Positions 23,274-35,124 of a stretch of 64,000 nt of DNA are shown here, piece after piece. This DNA is from Nageia nagi (lineage: Eukaryota; Plantae; Pinophyta), in contig JBITNC010000001.1 of the NCBI GenBank assembly GCA_050084985.1, positions 191,332,001 through 191,396,000 of the forward strand, given 5' to 3'. The first letter of the stretch is position 1. The number at the start of each line of letters is the position of its first letter. A program made the translations under genes and the position numbers. Below the pieces are notes generated by a model. The model was not told the origin of the DNA. It ran no database searches and saw only the letters and a list, made by a program, of their open reading frames with translations.

Positions 23274-26200
23274 TCAAACTTCACTCCCCCTTAAGGGTAA
23301 CTTCACCAACCCTAGAAAATCCCTAAGCTTGCTGAACTGATCTTCAGGAAGGGGCTTGGTGAATAAATTAGCAGAGTTTTCAGTAGATGGATAATACTTC
23401 AAGTGTATGATGTCATCTAGAACCTTCTCCTTGACAAAATGGGCTTGGATTTCCACATGTTTGGTTCTCTGATGGAAGACAAGATTCTTAGCCAAAGAGA
23501 TAGCTGATTGATTATCTGACGAAATAAGAGATGGGCCATTTTGCTTATACCCAATTTAGGTCAGACATGGCTCAATATTTAGCTTTGATGGTAGAAAGAG
23601 TCACAGTAGGTTGCTTCTTGGAAGCCCAAGAGATAGCACCTGAACCAATGCTGAACACATATGCAGAGGTTGATTTCCTGTCATCTCTATCTCCCCCATA
23701 ATCAGATACTGAGAACCTGAAGAGAATAATCAAGGGCACTTTGGAATACTTAAGAGCAAGATCCTTTATCCTTGTGACATACCTCAAGATTTGCTTAACA
23801 GCATTGATGTGTTCAACATATGGTTTTTGCATGAATCATGCCATCAGATTCACTACAAAGGTAATATCAGGTCGAGAGATAGTCAGATATAGAAGACTAC
23901 CAATCAATTGCCTATAAGCTGTAGCATTAGCCAACTGAGAATCTGAGCTCAGAGATACAACGATTCCAGAAGAAATAGGTATTGTAGCATATTTACACTC
24001 CTCCATTCCAAACTTTTGTAAGATGTCTGATATATACTTAGATTGACTAAGATAAGTACAATCTTTGTGTTGGTATACTTGCATCCCAAGATAGTAATGC
24101 AATAGATCTAGATCAGTCATTTCAAATGTTACCTTCAATTTGGAGATGCACTCTTGGATGATTTCAATATTATTGCCAGTTATGAGAAGATCATCCACAT
24201 AAAGGAGAATTAAGACCACATCTTTTCCTTAAATAGTACATAGAGATTTGAGTTAGAGAAGCACTTAGAAAAACCAATATCTGCAAAGAATCCTAAAATT
24301 TTCTTGTACCATGCTCTAGGTGCTTGCTTAAGTCCATACAAAGACTTCTTTAACTTGCACACAAGAGACTCTTTTCCTTCTGGAATAAATCCTTCTAGTT
24401 GATTCATGTAGATTTCAACATCCAAGTCACCATTGAGAAATGCACTCTTGACATCAAGTTGAAAATCTTTCCATCCTTGAGCTACAGAAAGAGCAAGGAT
24501 TATCCTAACAGTAGGCATCTTGGCCATAGGAGCAAAGGTTTCCTCATAATCAATACCATATTTTTGAGCGAATCCTTTGGCCACTAACCTTGCTTTGTAT
24601 TTTTCAATTTTTCCATCAGAATTGTACTTGACCTTGTATATCCATTTATTTCCAATCACATTTTTCTCATTGAGATAAGGAACCAAATCCCAAGTTTCAT
24701 TTTTCATGAGTGCCTCATACTCAACTTTCATAGCTTCCATCCAACACTCTTGCTTGGAAGCTTCTTTGAAGGTTGATGGCTCATGCATATTATCAATTTT
24801 GGCAAATAAAGAGTTATTCAAGGTCATACTCCTTGTAATTCTCTGAGTTAGAGAATTTTGCTCTTGTGGTGACTTCCCTACGTGATCATCCAACCAGTTA
24901 GGTGCAGGCGAAGAATCATCTGAATCAGACACCTCAGCATGAGAGGTCGTATCCTCAGGAAGTTCATTGAACTTGACATCCCTAGAAATAGAGACTATTT
25001 TATGGGATGAGGAGTAGAGCCTGTAACCACTATGCTGATTATCATACCCCATAAAGATGCATTTTTCTGATCATTTATCTAACTTCTTTCTTTTCTCTGA
25101 GGTAATGAAGGCAAATGCATCACAACCGAAGACCCTGAAGTGTGAGAGGTTAGGTTTCTTTCCTGTCCATGCTTCATATGGAGTTTTACCTTCAACTACC
25201 TTAGTAGGACACCTATTTAGAATGTGAATAGCAATGTGAACAGATTCACCCCATAAGAAACTAGGAAGGTTACCCAACATGCACCTTGCCATTTCCATAA
25301 TGGTTCGATTCTTCCTTTCAGCAACTCTATTTTGCTGAGGGGTGTAAGGGATTATGAATTGCTGCTTGATCCCATGTTTAACATAATAGTCATTAAACTC
25401 ATTGCTATTATACTCACCCCCATTATCAGATCTTAGCATCTTGATCTTAAAATCAGTTTGATTTTCAACAAGTGCCTTGAAGTCTTTAAACCTATCAAAA
25501 GTTTGATCCTTATGCTCAAGTAGATAACCAAATGTCATCCTACTGAAGTCATCAATGAAGGTCAGAACATAAGAAGCTCCCCCTAGAGACTTAGTCTGAA
25601 ATGGACCCATCAAATCTAAATGCACAAGCTGAAGAGGATGAGTAGCCCGAGTTGCCTTATCTTTGTCAAACTTTTGCCTATTCATCTTTCCTAGAATGCA
25701 CCTTTCACAAAGACCAATTGTGGGTGAAATATTAGGTAAACCTTCTACAAGTTCTTGAGTTTTCATATCTTGAATACTCTTGTGGTTAAGGTGCCCTAAT
25801 CGTTGATGCCAAAGATTACCCTTTGAACAAACATTTACAGCAAGATAAATCTTTGAAGGAACTTGATCCATAATATAAAGGTCATCCTTTACTGATCCTT
25901 TCATGAAGGTGGTAAGTCCTTTCTTAACACACCAGGAGTGTGAGGTAAACTCAAATGAGTATCCTTTCTTTATAATCTAAATTACAGAGATAAGATTCAT
26001 CCTGAGTTTGGGCACGTAAAAGACATTATCAAGAGTCTTTCCATGAATCTTCACACTCCCTATTCCTTGAAATCAAGGACTGTATTATCACCTATCACAA
26101 CTGCATCCTTCTTGTACTTATGAAAGTTTTTAAACTTATCATTTTCATAACACATGTGATTAGTGCATCCTGAATCAACAATCCAATCATTTGAAATAGT

Positions 26201-27151
26201 TTGAATCATTGAGTAGTAGGCAATAGTAGCAGTATGCTTGTTCTTCTTTCTATTATTGAAATTTCTCACATTTGCATTTCCCTTGCCTTTTTGAGCAAAT
26301 TTCTTTTTACGACAATCATACTCTTTATGCCCAAAGATGCCACAAAAGTTACAATTTCTATCAAACTTTTCTTGAGGTGTTGGATTGCTTGATCCAGCTT
26401 TGTCATTCCTTTGCCTGAAGTTGCCATTATTGTTGCCCTTTTTCTCATACTTCCTGAAGGTAGATGAGGACTTGTTATCTTTGAATTTATAATGTTTGAA
26501 CTTTTTCTTGAAAAGAGTTTTGGTTGCTCCTAGATCAATGCTATTATCCTTTGGAGAAAGGTTCAAAATTTTCTTGTTCAAAGTTTCCTTATGCTTCAGA
26601 AGGAGTCTAGAAAGGTTATCAAGAGAGATGACATCTTCTTCATCATCGAGCCTTGTTTTCATAACCGTGACAAAGTTACTGAACTTTGTAGAAAGGCTTT
26701 AAAGAATGATGAAGACCATGAACTCATCATTGATCCAATTGCACCCACAACCAACCAGTTGTGTCCTAAGGTCAATGATTTTGTTCAAGTAGATAGAGGC
26801 ACTTTCATCTTCACCTTGACAATATTGCAACAACTTTTGTAGAATAATGAACCTCCTTGAAAATTTTGACCCAAGGTAAATTTTCTTTAGCCTATCCCAA
26901 GCTTCTTTTGCTGATGTTGAAGAAGTGATCATGAGAAGGATGTCATCTAAAATTGCATGATAAATCATTGAAGTTGCTAACTCATTATTTGAGTTGTATA
27001 CTTCAAGAGCCTTCTCATCGGTAGGAGCGACCAAGTCTTTAGTAACTGTCTACCACAGCTTCCTTGCTTGTAACTTAGCTTTCATACGAGGTTCCCATAT
27101 TCCAAAGTTGGAACCGTCGAGTATATGCTTGGGAACGAAGGTTTCAACCAT
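23274..27151 (-). pseudogene. Copia gag-pol polyprotein with several stops and frameshifts
   Basis: MVETFVPKHILDGSNFGIW start; CNFCGIFGHKEYDC; WIVDSGCTNHM; LWHQRLGHLN; LRSDNGGEY; YKARLVAKGF; LLYVDDLL; HQRTKHVE. Confidence 0.97.
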
Positions 27152-28559
27152 TGCTACAAAAAAAAGTAAATATGTAATAAGAATGCAAACTTTTACAATT
27201 TTCCATCTATACATATAAAATATCTAATAAGCAAACATGTCCCACATGTGCAAACTTATTACCCATGATCCGTAGAAGGATAAAGTTGGGGTTGTTTTCT
27301 TGTATAGAATTAGGCCTTCACCTGGATGCCCGCAAGGTGGAGTCCAGGTACTACCAGTCCTCAACCAGTTCACCTTGATCAGTAATATACTCTCACAAGG
27401 AGAAGTACTAACTATTTTCCAAGGATTTGATGTATCTTGGACTGGCCATTTTAATTATCTTGATTAAGGTTTTCAATTTTCCTCCTAGGTTATCAGGATA
27501 ATCCCTGAATGGATGTGCGGACATGTGGTATCACTACACACATGCATGTCCACCTAATAGAGTTATGTCCAATCCAACAGAGGTCTTAGGGGCAATTAAG
27601 ATGGACTTACCACCACTTGGGTCTTCGGACTAAAAAGGCTCTAGTCTACCCTGTTCTCACCTCGTGGCTCCCCAAACAAGTCATGTTGTGGAAAAATACG
27701 TGCGGATGTGTTCATTTTAGGGGTTACTTTCAATATTTTGAGTATTTGCAAGTATAAAGCAAATGTGCAAAAATATAAAGTAAAGTGAAAATACTCCTTC
27801 CACACGAACTTGAAACCTTAAGAGTCCAATGGGTTTTGTACTAACCCCTAACGGACTTTTACATTTTTCATATTTTTGCTCAAGTTCAAAAATAATGAAT
27901 TTACAAAGGCTAAGTCCTACTTAGCATTAATCCATAACTTAAACATGTATTATTCCATGACTTAAAATTAAATAATAAACATGCATCATGCATTATTTAA
28001 CTTAAATTTTAAGTACTAAGCATGCTTGATTCCTAACAAGGTTAAGAGGCATGCATTATAAACTTAGCATGCAAGATCCATAAAGATTTAAGTAAAAAAT
28101 TATAAAAATTCCCCCCGTTTTTACTTAAAGTGCTAAAAAACTTAGATGCTAAAAAAATTGTGTTTAATTATGGTTCCTCCCTACTTTTTACTTAAGGTGT
28201 TATCCCTAAAATAGGTCTTTGAAGTATGTAGTTTAGGTAAATATAGCCTTTGGTTTACTTAAAAAAGATTTAGGGAAAAAACCTTAAATGTTTAATTTTG
28301 ACCTAGACTTAAAAAAAATCAAATCAAATGTGTAGTGGGTAAAAAAAAAAAAAGGCTCAACAACTTAAAGTTGATAAAACATGGGAAGGTTGCCAAGGTA
28401 AGCTGCGTGGAGGGGGAGAGGCTAGGAAAAGGTGGCATGAGGAGACCAAAGTGTGTAGAAGGGTAGTGAAGGTGGCAGGAGGAGGCCACGTAGGGTGGTG
28501 GAGGTCGCATAGGTGGCCAGATGGTGGTTGACCGCCCAATTCGTGACTGTAGGTGTCCA

Positions 28560-29480
28560 TAAGATGGCAGGTCATGCGTATCCATTTGGTGCATATCCTG
28601 CGAGCATTACAGTCCATAGGAGGAGGCTGCAGGGGAGGTGTTTGATATGTATCATGCATCTTGTTGAACAAGTCGTAGGTAAACACTTCACAAAGCCTAC
28701 CACCATTCAATGCACCATTTTATGCATATCCTGTGATCATGGCAGCCCATGAACTCGATCTGTATCCTATGTGAGAAATAAGTCGTAGACATATCCTACG
28801 ATCATTGTAGTCCATGAAATGCATTCTGCATTAGGCATGGTGTTAAACAATTTGTAGGAGCCTTCTCTATGTTTTGTGCATATCCTGCATGCCTTTCAAT
28901 GTTTTGCATGTGCATACAAGTCGACGATCAGCGTAGTCCATGAAATTGAGTTACGTAGCCTGGCAAACAATCTGTGGATCATTTCAACGTATCCGTCTGG
29001 TGCATAGTCGAGCTGGCAAGGGAGGAGGCTATGAGGAAGGCATTCAAGGCTTAAGACCAACTACACCACAAAGGGCTGCTGGCATTTGTACAGATCCTCC
29101 ACCATCAACCCCAAGTGTAGCAGGGCATATCCTGTGATCATTGCATGGAGGTCATGAAACTTGGTCTGCATCATGCAGAGTGGCAAACACTTCACAGAGC
29201 TTTCATTTTGTGTAGATCCCTTGATACCAAGAGCCTTCTGTGCAAAAGCAGCTCGCTTGTGGACTTTGCAAGCCTCCTTCTTATGCTTCAGAGCCTTTCT
29301 CTACATTTTGTACATTGCCTGAGCATTGGCCATGAAAGTATATGAAACAGTGTCTGCAGCGTGCAATGTTGTGCATATTTCATGATCATCGTTTGGTGCA
29401 TAGCCTGTGAGATAGCATCGTGAGGAGGCATTTTGTCAAACAATTCACAGATCCTTTCCTACATTTCCACAATTGGCAGG
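28560..29480 (-). pseudogene. PPR (S-type motif) gene fragments inside the Copia leader
   Basis: LFARLRNSISWTTLI, LFNTMPNAECISWTTMIVGYV, SWAAMITGYA*NG, DLFNKMHD, WTVMLAGYAPNG on minus, between PBS and gag. Confidence 0.85.
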
Positions 29481-30170
29481 GCACGTGCTATTTTTCTTGA
29501 CCCCCCTCGAATTAATTTTTGAATGGTTTTAATTTATTTATAAATTGATAATTAAAAAAAACTTATTTGATTTTTAAATATCTTTCCCTGGTTTTTGGAT
29601 ATACAAAAAATGTATATAAATATTATTGTGCCCTCATGTAAAAATTTGTAGTAGAACAAAAAATTATCCTCCTCTCATTTTTGTAAAGGTTCATGCCTCA
29701 CTAATAAAAAATACCAATAACATAAAAAATGGTAGGATATATAGGAGAAATTTCACAATAATATATTACTATTTTTAAGCAAATAGTAATAATAAAAAGA
29801 ATACTACTAACATAAAAAATGTTAGTATATATTGCAATTTTCATCATATATTGGTATTGAAGTAAATGCTGTGATAAATTGAACCAACACACACATTTAA
29901 TTCTAATATAATAGGTAAAAAATTTTGTATACTAACCCTTTAAAAGAATTATAGCAATTTAAAAATTGCAAGTAACATAGAGGATTAGTAAAAAAAATTG
30001 TAACTTGTTAATCATAATTTAAAAGGACTAACACATAGCAAGTAATGTGTTAGTAGCATCATGTAATAATCCATAAAATAACCAAATGAGGAAGAAATTT
30101 ATACCTTCTCTTGGAATTTACCTCACCAATGGAGTGTAAGATGAGGAATGAAGAAGGATCACCAAGATGT

Positions 30171-30284
30171 AGCTTCCACACCAAGAAGAAGAGCTTCCAC
30201 ACCAAGAAGAGCTTCTATACCAAGAAGAAGAGCTTTCACACTAAGAAGAGCTTCTATACCAAGAAGAAGAGCTTCCACACCAAG
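30171..30284. repeat. Minisatellite next to the PBS, alternating 21/18-bp units
   Basis: agcttccacaccaagaag(aag) six times. Confidence 0.9.
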
Positions 30285-30295
30285 CTCTGATACCA
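30284..30295 (-). promoter_or_regulatory. Primer-binding site (initiator Met tRNA)
   Basis: TGGTATCAGAGC on minus, 2 nt from the 5' LTR. Confidence 0.96.
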
Positions 30296-30297
30296 AT

Positions 30298-30780
30298 TGA
30301 AGGATTTAGACTAGATCTAAACAAATCCTCAAGGACCAAGACTAGGAAACTCAATCATACACAAGATAACACCATTCACACAAGATAACACAAGTGTAAT
30401 GTGGCTCCTCCCTCCTTGGGAGTACATCCACAACTAGTATCTCAATTCTCAAGTATGCCCCTCTTACAACTATTCTCTTCCTCTCCTACACAACTAGTAG
30501 AGTAATCTTACTCTAAAAACTTAGTTATGTTACAAGAGGAGAGCCCCTCTATTTATAGCTTGAGATCACCTATCTAACCTCCCTTTAACCCAAGGGTAAG
30601 GTTAGGGTTACATTAAATGTATCACCTAACTTTAACCTACCAACTAACCACTTGGTAAAGTCAAAGTCTACATAATAAAGAATTCAATTAATCACTTAAG
30701 GTATCTACATATCCTTTAAGTGATTAATTGAATTTACAAGGAGTTTAGATATTCACAATATTTCATTACAAATTCTAACA
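30298..30780 (-). repeat. 5' LTR of the Copia (TATAAATA on minus at 30550-30557)
   Basis: 483-bp match to 21968-22450. Confidence 0.97.
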
Positions 30781-31221
30781 GCTATAAAAGAATACCAAAG
30801 GAAATATAATCTCTCATAAGCATATGGATGAAAGGGAGAGAGAATAGAACATGTAATATCATATCCATCACAACAAAGGTGTTTCTAACACCACCTATCT
30901 CACATTTGTTATACCCTTCATATTATCTCATGCATTTCAATTTGTGCTCATGGATGTGCATATTTTAGATCATTAACGATGTTCATTGTGATGGGATGTT
31001 ATTATGTTTGAAGTTTGATATGTAATACTCTTTGTCTGCTTTTATATACTTCAATTCATGTGCATAATTCTACTAATTCCATGTAGCTAATAGCATGTAT
31101 TTCACATAAATTGATGATGTGATAATTCAGCTACCTAAAGCACACTAATGATTAGAAGGTAGGCATGTGACCACTTTTTATATGTACTCAGAACGCTTTA
31201 TTCATTTATGAGGTTTATACA

Positions 31222-34200
31222 TTAGTTAGAGACCATATATGGCTTGTATTCACAATGCCTAAGTTAGAAGAATTTTGTGAGCGTCTTACAAGGGGAGAGA
31301 CTAAAATTTTAACTCTTAAGATATCTTCATTTTCATCTAAGGAATTAACATCATCTAAAGGTAAAGGCAAGTCCAAGCCAAAGCCTAAGCCCACTACACC
31401 ATAGCCAGCTCCAAAAGCCCCTAAATCCAAATCCACTCGAGAGAAAGAGAAGCCTACTTGTTCTTATTGTGGGAAGCTTAGACATATCATTAAAAAATGT
31501 TATAAAAAGATGAAAGATGATAAAAAGAAGCAAAAATTTGAATCTTCTCATGTATTAGAAAAGGCTTTGAATGCTCATGGGAAAGGACATTCTATTTTAG
31601 AGAGTTGGGTTATAGATTCAAGTGTCTCTCATCACATGATTCCATCCAAAGAGTCCTTTCCATCTCTTTGTTCTACTTCTACTTTTAGTATTGAGGTTGG
31701 TGATTCCTCTCACATTTCTATGAAAGGAAAAGGGGATATTCCTGTTGCAGGTGATCATATCCTTGATGTGATTTTAGTTCTTAATCTCTCTTTCAACCTT
31801 CTTTTTATGCATTAGATCTATCATACTTATGGTGGGAGGACTATTTTATTCACACCTAGTGATTTTGAGATTCGTTGTTTGCAAGAGACACAATCACTTC
31901 TTGCACGAGGTGATGTTGATCATTATTTGAGGCTTTATCAATTTGAGTGCTTTGATGATGCTGATTCAGGAACTAGGTTGGTTTCCCATGTAGATTTCAT
32001 GAGTAGTCTTTGGTATAAGAGGTTTGGGCACCTCAACTATAGATATTTGTAGGAGTTGCATTCTCAAGATATGGTCATTGGCTTGCATAAGGTTTCTTAC
32101 TCTGATGGTGTTTTTCTTGGTTATGCCCTTGAAAAACAACATCAAGATCCTTTTCTTAAAAGTAATGCTAATCGAGCATCTTCTCCTTTAGAGTTGGTGT
32201 ATAGTGACTTAATGATCTTTCCATACCCATCCTTCACTGAAGCTTGGTATGCACTAACTTTCATTAATGATTTTTTGATATGTACTTGGGTGTATTTTCT
32301 CAAGTACAAGAGTTGATGTCTTTTCTCACTTGAAAGTCTTTAAGGCTTTGGTTGAGAATCAATCTTCTAGTTGCATCAAGAAGCATCACACAGATAATGG
32401 AGGAGAGTACTTCAACATAGAGTTTTCGGAGTTCCTTGAGAAGCATGGAATGATTCATCAATATTCAATTCCTCACACTTCACAACAAAAAGAAATAATA
32501 GAGTACTAAAGGAGATGGCCAATTGTATGATGCATTCTAGGGACTTACCTCCTATCTTTTGGGTTGAGGTAATCAATTATGGTAACTACATCCAAAATCA
32601 AACTCCTCATTGGGCACTCGATCATATGAATCCTGAAGAGGCTTGGAGTGGAACCAAGCTAAATGTGTCATGCTTTAGGGTGTTTAGTGGTCATGCTTGG
32701 GCCTTTATTCTAAAGATTAAGTGTAAGGCCTTAGAAAAGAAGAGCAAGCCTCTCATCTTTTTTGGCTATAATGAGGATATGAAGGCGTATTGATTGATTG
32801 ATCATGATACCCATGATCTTTTCTTCCACACTCATGTTCAGTTTGATAAGCATCTTTCTAATTCTCCCTCTTCATCTCCTTCCTCAGTCTTATTTGACTC
32901 TTACCACAAATCTTTTGAGGTCTTTCAGATAAAGGATATTCTTGAGGTTGTTTCTCCTATAACAACTATTGATACTCCTACACCTGTAGTTGCTACTATT
33001 CCTATTGATATTGCATATTCTTCCATTGCTGATAGTCACATGCCCATATGGGCTCACTCTACACTTAAGGATGCAACACCCTTCATCAAGGATCTCCCTC
33101 CTTCCTACTGCTATTCCATCAGTTCTATTCTTGTTGGTTAGGCACATCCAAGTGATCCATATATTATTTTAGAGGCTCATGGTATACTAGAGTGGGATGA
33201 TGCCATGGCGATTAAGTATTCTTTCTTGCTGAAGAATAATACTTGGGAGTTTATTTCTCTACCCCATGGGAGGAAGTTGATTTGGTGTAAATGGGTGTAC
33301 CGAACCATGTATGCAGTTGATGGTTCTATTGACAAGTATAAGGCTCATGTTGTTGCCAAGGGCTTCTCATAGGTTGAGGGGATTGACTACTCTAATACCT
33401 TTGCTCCTATGGCCAACATGGATTCAATTCAGCTTGTATTTACTCTTTTTGTTTCTTAGGGATGGTTAGTTTTTTAGATGGATGTGAAGAGCACCTTTTT
33501 GCATGATGATTTGCATGAGCAGATCTACATGGAGCATTCTATCAATTTTTTCTAGGATTCCTCATTTGTTTGTAGGCTTAGAAAATCTCTTTATGGCCTC
33601 AATCAAGCTCCTTGAGCATGGTATGATAAGATGGACTATTTTCTACTCTCCATTAATTTTGTACATTCCTTTCACCCTATAATCTATATATGGATACATG
33701 GAGCAAATACTATTATTTTGGTGTTGTATGTTGATGATCTTCTTCTCACAGACACCTCCCGCTCTCATATTTAGATAGTTTAGCAGGCTGTCTCTAAAAG
33801 ATTTGAGATGGCAGATCTTAGAATTACCGATTACTTTTTTAGTATTTAGGTAACAAATAGATTCATGGATTTTCATATCTTAGTAGAAGTATGCCTTGGA
33901 TCTTCTTTAGCAGTTTAGGATGGTAGATTGTAATCCTTCTTTGACACCTTTTCAGAGTGGGGTGACTTTGAATTCCACTATCACTTCATCACTATGTGAT
34001 GCTACTCTATATCGCTAATTGGTTGGGAGTCTTATGTATCTCACCCATACTCGACTAGATATTTCATATGTAGTTGGGCTTGTTTCTCTATTTGCATAGA
34101 CCCCTCATGAATCTCATTGGTAGGTAGCCAAGAAGATTCTTTGATATGTGAGGGGTACTACCCACTCTAGTCTACATTACACGAGAGGTGATCTGGTATT

Positions 34201-35124
34201 GAGTGGATATACAAATTCTAATTGGGTTGGTTCTTATGATGATCATCATTCCACTTCTAGTTATGTATTTTATCTTGGTACTTCTCGCATCGCTTAGTTG
34301 TGCAAGAAGTAGTAGGCTATTTCATTATCATCAATTAAGGTAGAGTATAAAGCATTTATTTATGCAAGTTAGGAGGCACTTTAGCTTTGATAGTTTTTAG
34401 AGGAGTTTAGCTACCCCTAGTCTCGAACCATAGTTCTTTGGTGTGACGATCATAGTGCGATTCATATTTTGTGCAATCTTGTTGAGCATCAATGTACCAA
34501 ACACATTAAGGTCCACATGCACTTCATCCATCAACATATTCAAAATCACATTCTCATCTTAATGTACATTCCTACAAAGCAACATATCACAAACATCTTC
34601 ACTAAATCCTTACATCACCTCACTTCCTTGAGTTGCATGGCTTGCTTAGGGTGAAGGAAGTTATCCTTGGGAGGTGTTGATGAGTACATCTTCCTCTCCA
34701 TCCTCCTACCATGAGATGGCTTTTTCTCCATGTGTTTTCTCATCATCTTTTAGTAGATTCTTTGCACATATTGTACATGAGTACCTGATCAAGCCTTGTT
34801 GTTAGGACTCATTTTTTGTGGATGTGCCACTTTATCCCTTTGTTCACTTAAGGGTGGCTGTTAGAGTATTAAGTTCACTTAGGAGTATTTTATTCATTAC
34901 CTAGGTTTTATTATTTCTAGCTAGTCTGTTGTGGTGATAACCACTTTCTTGTCACTTTATGCATTTTTACCTTCACACATGGTTAGCATGCTATTATACA
35001 AGCTTGTATTTGCCCTATTTATTTGGGCTCCATTCTCATTTCAGCTAGATCAGTTTCGAGCATTACAGTTTCTCTTCTTTATTTTATGATGTGCAAATTC
35101 CTTTTTTGGGCTTATTTTCTTACA
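31222..35124 (+). mobile_element. Old 5'-truncated Ty1/Copia with 3' LTR at ~34859-35124
   Basis: CSYCGKLRH knuckle, WVIDSSVSHHM, FGHLNY, TDNGGEY, YKAHVVAKGF, LYVDDLL, HQCTKHIKVH; decayed PPT aagggtggc then TGTTAG..TTACA. Confidence 0.93.

Larger units (their letters stand above)
21968..30780 (-). mobile_element. Structurally complete Ty1/Copia LTR retrotransposon (8813 bp)
   Basis: Two 483-bp LTRs, perfect TSD GCTAT (21963-21967 / 30781-30785), PBS, PPT, gag-PR-INT-RT-RH order. Confidence 0.98.
21751..31221 (+). mobile_element. Older ~650-bp LTR (21751-21967 plus 30786-31221) hosting the Copia insertion
   Basis: Starts TGTAGACACC where the PPR array breaks off and ends GAGGTTTATACA where Copia gag begins; TGTA..TACA termini; flanks do not form a TSD. 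Confidence 0.6.
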
